Assembly: GCA_910577295.1 (NCBI GenBank) | Contig: CAJTLS010000015.1 | Span: forward strand, 823 to 64,822 | From: an uncultured Eubacterium sp. | GTDB lineage: Bacteria > Bacillota > Clostridia > Lachnospirales > Lachnospiraceae | Reading direction: 5' to 3' | DNA length: 64,000 nucleotides | Shown: piece by piece, positions 25,992 to 35,656 of the stretch | Numbering within the stretch: the first letter of the stretch is position 1 | Layout of the letters: every line of letters begins with the position of its first letter | Notes under the pieces: model-generated | The model's input: the letters and a program-made list of their open reading frames with translations, nothing else | What the model was told of the DNA's origin: nothing | Databases searched by the model: none | Translations under genes and position numbers: made by a program

Positions 25992-27974
25992 ATGAAGACT
26001 AAAATTGGCACAATATGTGGCATGGGTGCAGTGGCGTGTGCAATGCTTACCAGTTTGTTTCAACCGGCATATTTGGGAAATCCCGACGTCAGCGAAGCCG
26101 CATCTACGATTTCGTACCGTATGATGAAAGGAGACAAAGTTAAAATAAAGACGATTGTCTCGAAAAGTAAGTTGTCAGCGGCTAAAAAGAAGAAAGTATC
26201 TTTGCTGACATGGAAATCAAAAAATAAGAAAATAGTAAAAATATCAAAGAAAAAATTGACTGCGCTGAAAGCAGGCAAGGCAAAAATAGTTGGTTATTGG
26301 AAGAAGAAAAAGAAGCGGAAGAAGTACATCACGCTTCGTATTACCGTTGTGGCTAAGCCAAAACTGACTCGTGCGACACAAAAGGGAAAGGTGAAAGGAC
26401 GGACGGTAGTTTCAAAAACGGCGATGGCGTGGTATGGCATTCCCTATGCGGCGACTACGGCAGGAGCGAACCGCTGGAGGGCTCCCCAGCCGCTGACGGC
26501 GTGGCAGGAGACGAGAGACGCAACAGTCATGCGGCAGAATGCAGTTACATACAGCAGTTCGGATGCCAGAGGCTATACTGGAACGGAAGATTGTCTGTAC
26601 GTCAATGTGTACCGCCCGTATACGCCGGATACGAAACTGCCCGTCTTAGTATTTTTGCATGGCGGCGGAAATGCATCGGGAACGGCTAATTTAGAATTTG
26701 GCAATATGGCAGCCGCGATGGGAGTTGTCATTGTTTCTGTCTCGCATCGCGTCGGTGCGTTTGGGTATATCAGCCATCCGGCGCTTAAAAATGGTACGGC
26801 AGAAGAAAACAGCGGTAATTTTACATTATTGGATATCCGCAGAGCGTTGTGCTGGGTGCGGGAAGACATTGCCGCATTTGGCGGAAATCCGCACAATGTG
26901 ACATTGTCGGGTTTTTCTGCCGGAGCAAGAAATGCGCTTATGTGTCTGATTTCGCCCTCGATGAAAGGGCTGTTTCACAGAGCCTTTATTCTGAGCGGCG
27001 GTTTCACTACCAGCACGCCGAAAGAAGGACAGGAGCAGGTAGAGAATCGTCTGGCAGCTTTGCTTGTGAGGCGGGGAACTTATAAGGATAAAGGAGAGGC
27101 GCTTGCCTATCTTCAGTCTGCTAAAGCGGCGGAGATAAACAAGTTTCTGAGAGGATTGACAACGGCGGAAGTTGCGTGGATTTATAAGGATTTTGATTTG
27201 AAAATGGAAGAGTTTCCGCAAGGTTATACCGATGGCGTAATATTACCGAAAGAGGGATTTGACGTGATTCGCAAAGGGAATTATAATCGTATGCCGATTT
27301 TGCTCGGTAGCGATATGACAGAATTTTCCTCTTTTGCAATGTCGGGAAGCCTTACGTCGGGAACGGCAGATTTGTCCGCCCTGTCCTCTGCACGACTGCT
27401 GGAATTGATGGAAAAAGGAGTCCGATATGGCAGTATGCTGCAATCGCATTTTTATGTGGAAAATACTGCGGCGGAATTATATGCAGATTTTGCCCATGGG
27501 GATATATTTGCATTTCGGAACCGTTGGGGAACATCCGATTCTGTGAGCGACGGTTTTTACAGCAAATTTGCAGGCGCTTATCACGGTCAGTCGAGGGATT
27601 TTCTGTTGGGGGATTATAAGCACCGTATGAAAGAGTATTCGCCTGCGGCTGTCTCTGCAAAAAACAAGGCGGGACGTCTGGCTTTGACCGACCAGATGCG
27701 CCGATATCTTAAAAATTTCATGGTAAAGGGAAATCCCAATGGCAAATCGCTTCCCGTGTGGAATGCATGGAATCCGTTTTGGGGCGCTAATAAAATCATG
27801 CATCTGAATGCCGGATTGAAAAAAGCGACCTCCGCCATGAGTACGGAGATGTACGATAGCAACAGTATTTTTGCCAGTGTCAGAAGTCAGACATCAAAGG
27901 AAGAGTATAGCGCTTTGACGACATCATTGTGGGAGGGATGTTTCTTTATGCCATCCGTTGTGCCTACATATTGA
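25992..27974 (+). CDS. Secreted type-B carboxylesterase with an N-terminal lysine-rich Ig-like module
   Basis: EDCLYVNVYRP, VLVFLHGGG and the nucleophile elbow GFSAGA. Signal peptide and K-rich Big_2-like segment at the N-terminus. Confidence 0.85.
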   Translation: MKTKIGTICGMGAVACAMLTSLFQPAYLGNPDVSEAASTISYRMMKGDKVKIKTIVSKSKLSAAKKKKVSLLTWKSKNKKIVKISKKKLTALKAGKAKIVGYWKKKKKRKKYITLRITVVAKPKLTRATQKGKVKGRTVVSKTAMAWYGIPYAATTAGANRWRAPQPLTAWQETRDATVMRQNAVTYSSSDARGYTGTEDCLYVNVYRPYTPDTKLPVLVFLHGGGNASGTANLEFGNMAAAMGVVIVSVSHRVGAFGYISHPALKNGTAEENSGNFTLLDIRRALCWVREDIAAFGGNPHNVTLSGFSAGARNALMCLISPSMKGLFHRAFILSGGFTTSTPKEGQEQVENRLAALLVRRGTYKDKGEALAYLQSAKAAEINKFLRGLTTAEVAWIYKDFDLKMEEFPQGYTDGVILPKEGFDVIRKGNYNRMPILLGSDMTEFSSFAMSGSLTSGTADLSALSSARLLELMEKGVRYGSMLQSHFYVENTAAELYADFAHGDIFAFRNRWGTSDSVSDGFYSKFAGAYHGQSRDFLLGDYKHRMKEYSPAAVSAKNKAGRLALTDQMRRYLKNFMVKGNPNGKSLPVWNAWNPFWGANKIMHLNAGLKKATSAMSTEMYDSNSIFASVRSQTSKEEYSALTTSLWEGCFFMPSVVPTY

Positions 27975-28037
27975 AAATCGTAACAGAAAAATACAAAAAA
28001 AGAGGAGGGGCAGGCTTATCAGTCTGACAGGAGAACT

Positions 28038-29450
28038 ATGATTTTTTCAACGTATCAATTTATTCTTGTTTTTTTGCCAATAACGTTTAGCGGTTATTTT
28101 GTGCTTCATCACTTGAAGATGCATTCTGCCGCAAAGTTATGGCTCGTGTTGGCATCCTTTTATTTTTATGCGCAGGGAAGTACGGACTTTTTTCCATTCT
28201 TTCTCGGAAGTGTAGTTGCCAATTATGTTATGGGCAGTACGCTTAGTAAATTGCAGGGCGCCGGGCATCGGATTGAGAGATGGTTTCTCCTTGCGGTTGG
28301 CGTTTTGGCAAACTGTGCCCTTCTCGGATATTACAAATATACCGATTTCTTTTTAGTGAATGTCAATCGTATTGCGGGAACGGATTTTGCTTTACAGCAT
28401 ATCGTACTGCCGATTGGTATTTCATTCTTCACGTTTCAGTTAATTGCTTTTCTGGTAGATTCTTTCCGTGGTGAGACAAAGACGTATGACGTCTTGGATT
28501 ACCTTTTGTTTATCACGTTCTTTCCGCAGTTGATTGTTGGCCCGATTGTGCATCACGCCGAGGTTGTGCCGCAATTTGAAAATCCGCAAAATGCAAAAAT
28601 CAATTGGAACAATGTCTCACTCGGATTGTTCATCTTTTCTATTGGATGTGCCAAAAAGATGCTTGTCGCCGACCCGCTGACAACGGATGCGCAGGCCTTT
28701 TTTGCTCGCATTAATGACCATTTGCCAATGCTGCAGTCGTGGTTCCATTCCATTGAGTATACGGTCTCGTATTATTTTGATTTGTCGGGCTACGCTGATA
28801 TGGCAATTGGTCTTGGATGTATGTTCAATATTGCCATTCCGCAAAATTTCAATTCCCCTTACAAGGCGAAAGATTTTCAGGAATACTGGCAGAGATGGCA
28901 TATGACATTATCCCGTTTTCTGGGAGCTTACATATTCCGCAACGTATTTAAGAAAGGGAGCAAATACCGCAATTATTATGTAGCGACGATGGTTACTTTC
29001 TTTGTTTCCGGTTTCTGGCATGGCGCCGGCTGGACATTTGTTGTGTGGGGAATTGTAAACGGCATTTTGGTATGTATTGCCTCTTACCGCAACCGGAAGG
29101 GAAAGAATACGCCGGTCTGGCTTGGTGTTCCGCTTACTTTCCTGCTGGCAGTACTCACCCGAATTTTGTTTGTTTCTGTGACATTCGATGATGCATGGCA
29201 GGTTTTGAAAGGTCTTGTTCGTGTCAACACATTACATATGGCCGAGATTAGCGCCTTTGTGACGGATAATTGGTATCCGGTAGTTCTGACGTTTGTCGGC
29301 TTGGGAATCTGTTTCTTCCTGCCGACGACGAAAACGCTTGCTGAAAAGTTTAAGACGGATTGGAAATGCCTGCTTTATGCGGCAGTTCTGCTGATTATTT
29401 GTATATGCAGTATGGATAAAGTAGTACAGTTTCTGTACTTCCAGTTTTGA
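28038..29450 (+). CDS. MBOAT family O-acyltransferase (AlgI/DltB-like)
   Basis: Polytopic membrane protein with the conserved FWHGAGW His motif and FWQRWHMTLS-type region (EYWQRWHMTLSRFL). Confidence 0.9.
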   Translation: MIFSTYQFILVFLPITFSGYFVLHHLKMHSAAKLWLVLASFYFYAQGSTDFFPFFLGSVVANYVMGSTLSKLQGAGHRIERWFLLAVGVLANCALLGYYKYTDFFLVNVNRIAGTDFALQHIVLPIGISFFTFQLIAFLVDSFRGETKTYDVLDYLLFITFFPQLIVGPIVHHAEVVPQFENPQNAKINWNNVSLGLFIFSIGCAKKMLVADPLTTDAQAFFARINDHLPMLQSWFHSIEYTVSYYFDLSGYADMAIGLGCMFNIAIPQNFNSPYKAKDFQEYWQRWHMTLSRFLGAYIFRNVFKKGSKYRNYYVATMVTFFVSGFWHGAGWTFVVWGIVNGILVCIASYRNRKGKNTPVWLGVPLTFLLAVLTRILFVSVTFDDAWQVLKGLVRVNTLHMAEISAFVTDNWYPVVLTFVGLGICFFLPTTKTLAEKFKTDWKCLLYAAVLLIICICSMDKVVQFLYFQF

Positions 29451-29474
29451 TAGAGGAGAAAGGGGAAGCTCGTT

Positions 29475-30671
29475 ATGATGAACGCAAAGAAATGGTCGTG
29501 TTGTTTTGTGGCGTTAATTGTTGCCTGTCTGATGGTAATTATGTCATTGAATTATTTTGTCGACCCTTACGGATATTTTGAGAGCCAGTCAGGAGAAGCA
29601 TATGGATTGGATTACTATGATTATCTTCGCGGACAGAAGGCAGAACATATTAAGCATTTCTCGGACGATTACGACGCCTATCTGGTTTGCGGCTCCAAGG
29701 GGAGTGCAGTTCGGCCGTCGAAACTGAAAGAACTTGATGGCTATGACTACTATAACTGCTGGGTGTTGTCGGGAAGTTTTAATGATTATGTGGCTTATGT
29801 AAAATATATTTGTGAAAATACCGACGCCAAAAAGATTATGCTGCAGATATCGACTTCTGAATTATTTGAGTTTAACCGTGAGGACTATGGTACGATTTAT
29901 GAATTACCGGCGGAAGTTACCGGAGAATCAAAAGCGCTGGAAACCCTTTCTTTTTTGATGAAGAATCCAAAGACTGCAGTGGAAGAGCTGACGGAGGACA
30001 AAGTTGTCCGTCCGAATAAGAAAACAGGCGAACGCGATTTACAGTATTATTATGATTTCCAAAAATCAAAGCTGACAAACGGTGAATATTTTAATTACAT
30101 GTTTGAGGGTTCTTATGTCTATTACAAATTTTTTCATAAGCAGTTGCGGGATATCGAAGAAAATAAGGAAGCGAGTCTGGATAGTCTGCGCGAAATCAAG
30201 GCGATTTGTGAGGAACATGGCGTAGAGCTGCAAGTGTATTTTGCCTCGATGTTTGCAGCGCAGATGATACAGTATGAAAATGAAGTCTTTTATGATTTCA
30301 TGGAAGAGGTTGTCATGCTTTTTGGTGATACATGGTGTTTTAATACTTATAATGATGTCGCTCTCTGTCCTTATAATTTTTATAATCCGGCGCATTTTTA
30401 CTATGAAGTCGGTGATTTGATGGTCGACACGATGGCCGGTAAGGAATGTCCTTTTGAGGGCTTTGGAGAGTTGCTGACGAGAAAGAATATCGGAACCGTG
30501 ATTGAGGAGCGGAGAAAATCTTATCAGGAGTGGAAAAAGTATTACGAGGAGAATTATTATCCGGCGTATGATTATAACGGTGTCCACTATGAAGCACATA
30601 ATACACTTCCTTTAAAAGGGTTTAATTCAGAGGCGAATTTGACGAAAAATCATGTTTTAGGAAAACAATGA
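29475..30671 (+). CDS. Membrane-anchored extracytoplasmic protein, probable MBOAT partner (DltD/AlgJ-like role; inference)
   Basis: N-terminal TM anchor followed by FVDPYGYF. Sits 24 nt downstream of the MBOAT gene. Function not established from the sequence. Confidence 0.4.
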   Translation: MMNAKKWSCCFVALIVACLMVIMSLNYFVDPYGYFESQSGEAYGLDYYDYLRGQKAEHIKHFSDDYDAYLVCGSKGSAVRPSKLKELDGYDYYNCWVLSGSFNDYVAYVKYICENTDAKKIMLQISTSELFEFNREDYGTIYELPAEVTGESKALETLSFLMKNPKTAVEELTEDKVVRPNKKTGERDLQYYYDFQKSKLTNGEYFNYMFEGSYVYYKFFHKQLRDIEENKEASLDSLREIKAICEEHGVELQVYFASMFAAQMIQYENEVFYDFMEEVVMLFGDTWCFNTYNDVALCPYNFYNPAHFYYEVGDLMVDTMAGKECPFEGFGELLTRKNIGTVIEERRKSYQEWKKYYEENYYPAYDYNGVHYEAHNTLPLKGFNSEANLTKNHVLGKQ

Positions 30672-30768
30672 TGTAGAATGAAAGCGAAATTATGCTTTTA
30701 TTGATTTCTTTTTCTTTTCTGTATGGTATAATGGAGAGTAATGTCGGAAGATTAGGAGGAGAAGGAGA

Positions 30769-33117
30769 TTGTTATATGCAGAGCCGCCAAAAAGCGCCGC
30801 TATTTATAAAGTGGAAAAGCAGGGAACAGCGTGGGTAATGTATTCGGAAAAGGGAATGCACCGCCTGTGTCCGATGAATGACAAAGTGATAAGAATTACT
30901 TATACGGAACGGGATACTTTCTCGGAGAGAGACAAGCCGGGCGTGACAGCGTTGCCGATTCATAGTGCGTGGGAATATAAGGAGGGAGAGGAAACGCTGC
31001 AGTTTTGTTCTCCTTTTCTGAAGTTAGAAGTCTGTCGGGCGAGCGCTTCTCTCGCTTATTACAGAGAGAATGGAGAATTACTCTTAAAGGAACGTGAGAA
31101 AGACAGTAAAGTAGTAGAGCAGTTTCAGTCATACCGACTGGATTCGGAGGAGACGTCTCAGGTCAAACAGATTGAGACGCCGGACGGAGTAAAAGAAATC
31201 GTTACGGATGCCGCCAGAGTGCCGGACGATTTGCTGTATCATACCCGTATGTATCTGGAGTGGCAGGAAAATGAGGCGCTTTACGGATTGGGGCAGCAGG
31301 AAGAGGGAATTTTGAATTTACGCGGACAGACGGTCTATGTACATCAGGCAAACCGCAAGATTGCCGTGCCGATGCTGTTGTCCTCCCTTGGTTACGGTAT
31401 TTTGATGGATACTTATAGTCCGATGATTTTTAACGATACAGTGAGCGGTTCTTATTTGTATACGGAAGCGGACGATGAACTGGATTTTTATTTTATTGCC
31501 GGAGACAATATGAACGATATTGTGAAGGAGTACCGCAAATTGACCGGTAAGGCGGCAATGCTGCCGAAGTGGGCGTTTGGCTATATGCAGTCGCAGGAGC
31601 GATATGAGACGGAAGAAGAAGTATTGCGTGTGGCAAATGAGTATCGGGAACGCGGGATTGGTCTCGATTGTATTGTCTTGGATTGGTGTTCATGGGAAGA
31701 TGGCAAGTGGGGGCAGAAGACTTTTGATGCCTCTCGTTTTCCTAATCCGAAAGCAATGATTGATAAGCTGCACGAGCAAAACATACATTTTATGTTGTCG
31801 ATTTGGCCGGTTATGAATAAGAGTACGGCAAATTATGCGGAAATGAAAGAGGCGGGAACGCTGCTGCCGGCCAGTGAGATTTATAACGCCTTAGATGAGA
31901 GTGCCAGAAAGTTGTATTGGGAACAGGTAAAGAGAGGCTTGCTTGGCGCCGGTATTGATGCTTGGTGGTGTGATTCGAGCGAGCCGATTACCGTGGAGTG
32001 GTCGCATACGGAAAGGATGGAGCCGGCGGTGATGTATGCGGAGTTTTGCAGAGAACTTCAGAATCATCTGCCGACGTGGGCGACAAACGCTTTTCCTCTG
32101 TACCATGCAAGAACAATTTATGACGGGCAAAGAGAGGATGTATGTGAAAAGCGTGTTTGTAATCTGACGAGAAGCGCCTATACGGGGCAGCAGCGCTACG
32201 GTACGATTTTGTGGTCGGGCGACGTCTCGGCGAGCTGGCAGACGTTGCGGGAGCAGATTGCCAGCGGCTTGAATTTTGTGGCCAGCGGCCTGCCTTATTG
32301 GACGACGGATATCGGAGCCTTTTTTGTCAAAAAGAGTACCTTTTGGTATTGGAACGGCGAGTACGATGACACGGTGAATGATGCCGGATATTTGGAGTTG
32401 TTTACAAGATGGTATCAGTGGGAAGCTTTTTTACCGATTTTCCGCGGGCATGGAACCGACTGCCGGAGAGAGCTGTGGTACTACGAGGGCGAGAATCAAA
32501 TGTTCTTTAATGCCATATTGGCGGCAAACCGTTTGCGCTACCGTCTGGTGCCTTACATATATTCACAGGCGGGGCGGGTATGGCTCGAAGATGAGTCTAT
32601 GATGAAGATGCTGGCGTTTGATTTTACAGAGGATACGAATGTACTTGATATTCGGGATGAATATTTGTTTGGCGATAGTTTCCTTGTATGCCCTGTCACT
32701 GAGCCGATGTACTATGAGGCAGGAAACGAGCGGCTCGAAGAGCGTTCCTATACCCGCAGGGTATATCTGCCAAAAGGGTGCGGCTGGTATGATTATTGGA
32801 CAAATGACTATTATCAGGGCGGGCAGTGGATGGAGGCAGAGGCGCCGATTGACAAAATACCATTATTTGTAAGGGCGGGAAGTATTATCCCTATGACTGA
32901 TTCGACCTCCCATATATCCGTGAAAGATGATATAACATGGACGGTTTATGCCGGGGAAGATTGTGAATATCTGCTCTATGAGGATGCCGGCGACGGCTAT
33001 GCTTATGAGAGGGGAGAATATAAACTGACAAAGTACGAATGGTCGGATGACAGACAGATTTTGACGGATGAGAATGGTGAGATTATCTCGTCAGTCAATG
33101 TGATACAGGCAGAATGA
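30769..33117 (+). CDS. Glycoside hydrolase family 31 (alpha-glucosidase/alpha-xylosidase type)
   Basis: KWAFGYMQSQERY, GIDAWWCDSSEP (nucleophile region) and ILWSGDVSASW. The start codon (TTG at 30769) is uncertain. Confidence 0.8.
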   Translation: MLYAEPPKSAAIYKVEKQGTAWVMYSEKGMHRLCPMNDKVIRITYTERDTFSERDKPGVTALPIHSAWEYKEGEETLQFCSPFLKLEVCRASASLAYYRENGELLLKEREKDSKVVEQFQSYRLDSEETSQVKQIETPDGVKEIVTDAARVPDDLLYHTRMYLEWQENEALYGLGQQEEGILNLRGQTVYVHQANRKIAVPMLLSSLGYGILMDTYSPMIFNDTVSGSYLYTEADDELDFYFIAGDNMNDIVKEYRKLTGKAAMLPKWAFGYMQSQERYETEEEVLRVANEYRERGIGLDCIVLDWCSWEDGKWGQKTFDASRFPNPKAMIDKLHEQNIHFMLSIWPVMNKSTANYAEMKEAGTLLPASEIYNALDESARKLYWEQVKRGLLGAGIDAWWCDSSEPITVEWSHTERMEPAVMYAEFCRELQNHLPTWATNAFPLYHARTIYDGQREDVCEKRVCNLTRSAYTGQQRYGTILWSGDVSASWQTLREQIASGLNFVASGLPYWTTDIGAFFVKKSTFWYWNGEYDDTVNDAGYLELFTRWYQWEAFLPIFRGHGTDCRRELWYYEGENQMFFNAILAANRLRYRLVPYIYSQAGRVWLEDESMMKMLAFDFTEDTNVLDIRDEYLFGDSFLVCPVTEPMYYEAGNERLEERSYTRRVYLPKGCGWYDYWTNDYYQGGQWMEAEAPIDKIPLFVRAGSIIPMTDSTSHISVKDDITWTVYAGEDCEYLLYEDAGDGYAYERGEYKLTKYEWSDDRQILTDENGEIISSVNVIQAE

Positions 33118-33135
33118 GAAGAGGAGGTTTATGTA

Positions 33136-35181
33136 GTGAGAGATACGATGCCAAAACAGGGAAGCCGGATGTTTGTTTATAATGCGGAAGAGAAAGCATT
33201 TGCTACCGCTTCACAGACGGATTGTCTTGTTATTGCGCCTGAAGATATGGATTGTTTTAACCGAATGCTGGAGGAAGCGGCGTCATTGAAACAGCCTGCG
33301 GCAAATTATGCAACGCTGCGGGCGCAAACGGAAGATGGCGGCTTTGCTAACTACTATGTAGGCGTGATTTGCGCGGCTCCCGGCAGCGACATCATTATTA
33401 CATTGACGGAAATTTCCGGCGTCTGTTTGAATTCGCAGAAGATAGATTCGCTTACCGGCCTTTTGAATCGCAATGGTTTGTCGGCGTGGGTTGATGAGCA
33501 TGAAGAAATTTTTACGGACATTGAAGATGAGAAATATATGGTCGTCTATTTTGATGTACAACGTTTTAAAGTTGTGAATGAAATGTATGGATTAGCCGAG
33601 GGCGACCGCTTACTGAAATATATCGGAGAGGTGGTTGCCGAAGCGGCAGGGGAAGATGGCGTTGGCTGTCACCTTGATTCCGACCGATTCGTAATTGTTG
33701 TCAAACGTCCTCCGGATAAGAGGGATTTATTTGTAGAGACGCTGTTAGATGAGATATTGGATTTTGATTTGCCGTTTGAAGTCAGTTGTAATGCGGGTAT
33801 TTATGTGACGACTAAAAATTTCCACTCGGCAGATACGCTTGTAGACCGCGCAATTATCGCGCAGTCTCTCGTGAAAGGAAGCTACACGAAGCGTTTTAAT
33901 TATTATACGGAAGAGCTGCGGAAGAATCTGCTTACCGAGCAGGAGATTATCGGCATGATGAGAGCCGGATTGCGGGACGAGCAGTTTGCCATTTATTATC
34001 AGCCGCAGTACGACCATGCCACCGGAATGCTCGTAGGGGCGGAAGCGCTTGTCCGCTGGCAGCATCCAGAAAAGGGCCTGATTTCTCCGGGACTTTTTAT
34101 TCCGGTATTTGAGAAAAACGGTTTTATTACCCAGCTTGATTTATATGTGTTTGAGAAAGTCTGCCAGTTTTTGCGTTTTTGTCTGGACGAGGGAATGGTC
34201 ATTGTGCCGATTTCCACAAACCTGACAAGACATGACTTTTTCTATCCGAATTTTATTGATACGTTGGAGGGAATCCGCAAAAAATATGATATTCCTCCGG
34301 AGTTTATCCGCTTGGAAATAACAGAATCCGTAGCGCTTGGCAACAGCCAGTTTATCAACGAGGCGATGGAGCGTCTGCACAGCTATGGCTATGTGGTAGA
34401 AATGGATGATTTTGGCAGCGGCTATTCTTCCCTGAACATTTTAAAAGATATTGATTTTGATATTATAAAGCTTGATATGCGCTTTCTTGAGAATGGGCAG
34501 GATGAGACTAACAGGGGCGGAACTATTTTAAGCTCCGTTGTAAGGATGGTGAACTGGCTTGGTGTTCCGGTAATCGCCGAGGGAGTGGAGACAGTCAGTC
34601 AGGCCAATTTCCTCAAAAGTATCGGCTGCAATTATATTCAGGGATTTTTATATTCCAAGCCGTTACCGGAAGACGAATACAAGCAGCATATCAGCATGAC
34701 GAACGTTGGGGTATCGATTCCGCAGAAGAAATTGTTAGATACACTGGACGCCGGCAATTTCTTTGCCAACGATTCGTTAGAGGAACTGATTTTTAATAAT
34801 TTTGTCGGTGGCGCCGCTATTTTTGACTACAGGGATGGCAAGCTCGAAATCGTGCGCGTCAATGAAAGTTATCTGGCTGAACTCGGTCTGGAACTTTCGG
34901 AGAAAGACGTTATGAGCCAAAGTCTGCTGGATGGGTTTGACGACGAGGGCAGAGAGAGCTATCTGGAAATGCTCGAGCGTGCGATAGAGACGGGAGCGGA
35001 ACAGGAATGTGAGACATGGCGGACGCTTACTTCTGCGGATGGCCGGGAAGAGCGGTTGTGTGTGCGCAGTAATGTCATCATGGTTGGGAAAAGTAAGGAT
35101 GCCTACCTGTTCTATGCAAGGATACGGAATATAACGTCGGAAATTGATGGTATTGCTGTTTTGCCGGATTTGAAAATGTAA
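33136..35181 (+). CDS. Degenerate-GGDEF plus EAL domain protein (probable c-di-GMP phosphodiesterase)
   Basis: LTGLLNRNG starts a GGDEF fold, but the signature position reads LDSDRF. The EAL domain is intact: EALVRW, EITES, DDFGSGYSSL, EGVET. Confidence 0.85.
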   Translation: MRDTMPKQGSRMFVYNAEEKAFATASQTDCLVIAPEDMDCFNRMLEEAASLKQPAANYATLRAQTEDGGFANYYVGVICAAPGSDIIITLTEISGVCLNSQKIDSLTGLLNRNGLSAWVDEHEEIFTDIEDEKYMVVYFDVQRFKVVNEMYGLAEGDRLLKYIGEVVAEAAGEDGVGCHLDSDRFVIVVKRPPDKRDLFVETLLDEILDFDLPFEVSCNAGIYVTTKNFHSADTLVDRAIIAQSLVKGSYTKRFNYYTEELRKNLLTEQEIIGMMRAGLRDEQFAIYYQPQYDHATGMLVGAEALVRWQHPEKGLISPGLFIPVFEKNGFITQLDLYVFEKVCQFLRFCLDEGMVIVPISTNLTRHDFFYPNFIDTLEGIRKKYDIPPEFIRLEITESVALGNSQFINEAMERLHSYGYVVEMDDFGSGYSSLNILKDIDFDIIKLDMRFLENGQDETNRGGTILSSVVRMVNWLGVPVIAEGVETVSQANFLKSIGCNYIQGFLYSKPLPEDEYKQHISMTNVGVSIPQKKLLDTLDAGNFFANDSLEELIFNNFVGGAAIFDYRDGKLEIVRVNESYLAELGLELSEKDVMSQSLLDGFDDEGRESYLEMLERAIETGAEQECETWRTLTSADGREERLCVRSNVIMVGKSKDAYLFYARIRNITSEIDGIAVLPDLKM

Positions 35182-35198
35182 ATAAAGGAAATGCTTTT

Positions 35199-35225
35199 GG
35201 GGATGCTTTGGCATCCTCTTTTTTC
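35199..35225 (+). terminator. Rho-independent terminator of the GGDEF/EAL gene
   Basis: GGGGATGC-TTTG-GCATCCTC followed by TTTTTT. Confidence 0.7.
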
Positions 35226-35269
35226 TTTATAGACTTCGGGCGTCAAAAGCCCCTTATCTCTTAATGTAT

Positions 35270-35432
35270 TGGCAATTGCACAAAAAACAATATCTTCGCA
35301 GCAGGATGCACGAACCATTTCACTGAGCCTCAAACGTGGAAATCGTGTTCAGCAAAGGCTTCCACGATTTCCTGAGTCTCAGCTCCATCGTGCATAATGC
35401 TGCTCACCTTATTGTTTTTTGTGCAATTGCCA
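35270..35432. repeat. 163-bp element bounded by perfect 23-bp inverted repeats, with imperfectly palindromic inner arms
   Basis: TGGCAATTGCACAAAAAACAATA (35270-35292) is the exact reverse complement of 35410-35432. Inner stem GGAAATCGTG (35338-35347) pairs with CACGATTTCC (35363-35372). Confidence 0.85.
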
Positions 35433-35536
35433 GTTCCCTTAATAATAAAGGACTTTTGAAACCTGAATATTTATAGAAAATTCAAATTACTCCATTTTTC
35501 AATTAAAAACAAGAATATTTTTCGAAAAAACAACTT

Positions 35537-35569
35537 TCTGTCGCAAAAAAGTATGTGTCTGTCGCAAAA
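35537..35569 (+). promoter_or_regulatory. 12-nt direct repeat with 21-bp phasing (LytTR-site-like architecture)
   Basis: TCTGTCGCAAAA occurs at 35537-35548 and 35558-35569, about 90 nt upstream of the ATG at 35657. Confidence 0.35.
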
Positions 35570-35656
35570 TCCCCATTTTTATTTCAAAATATGTTATTTT
35601 TTTGAAAGCAGTTTCATAGTAGCAGAATCAAATACACAAAGAAATGAGGGATACTT

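Noticed and set aside
35434-35656. Search for a c-di-GMP or other riboswitch in the long leader of the RHS operon, next to the GGDEF/EAL gene
   Set aside because: The region is very AT-rich, with no GEMM-like conserved cores or convincing stems. Only the phased direct repeats stood out.
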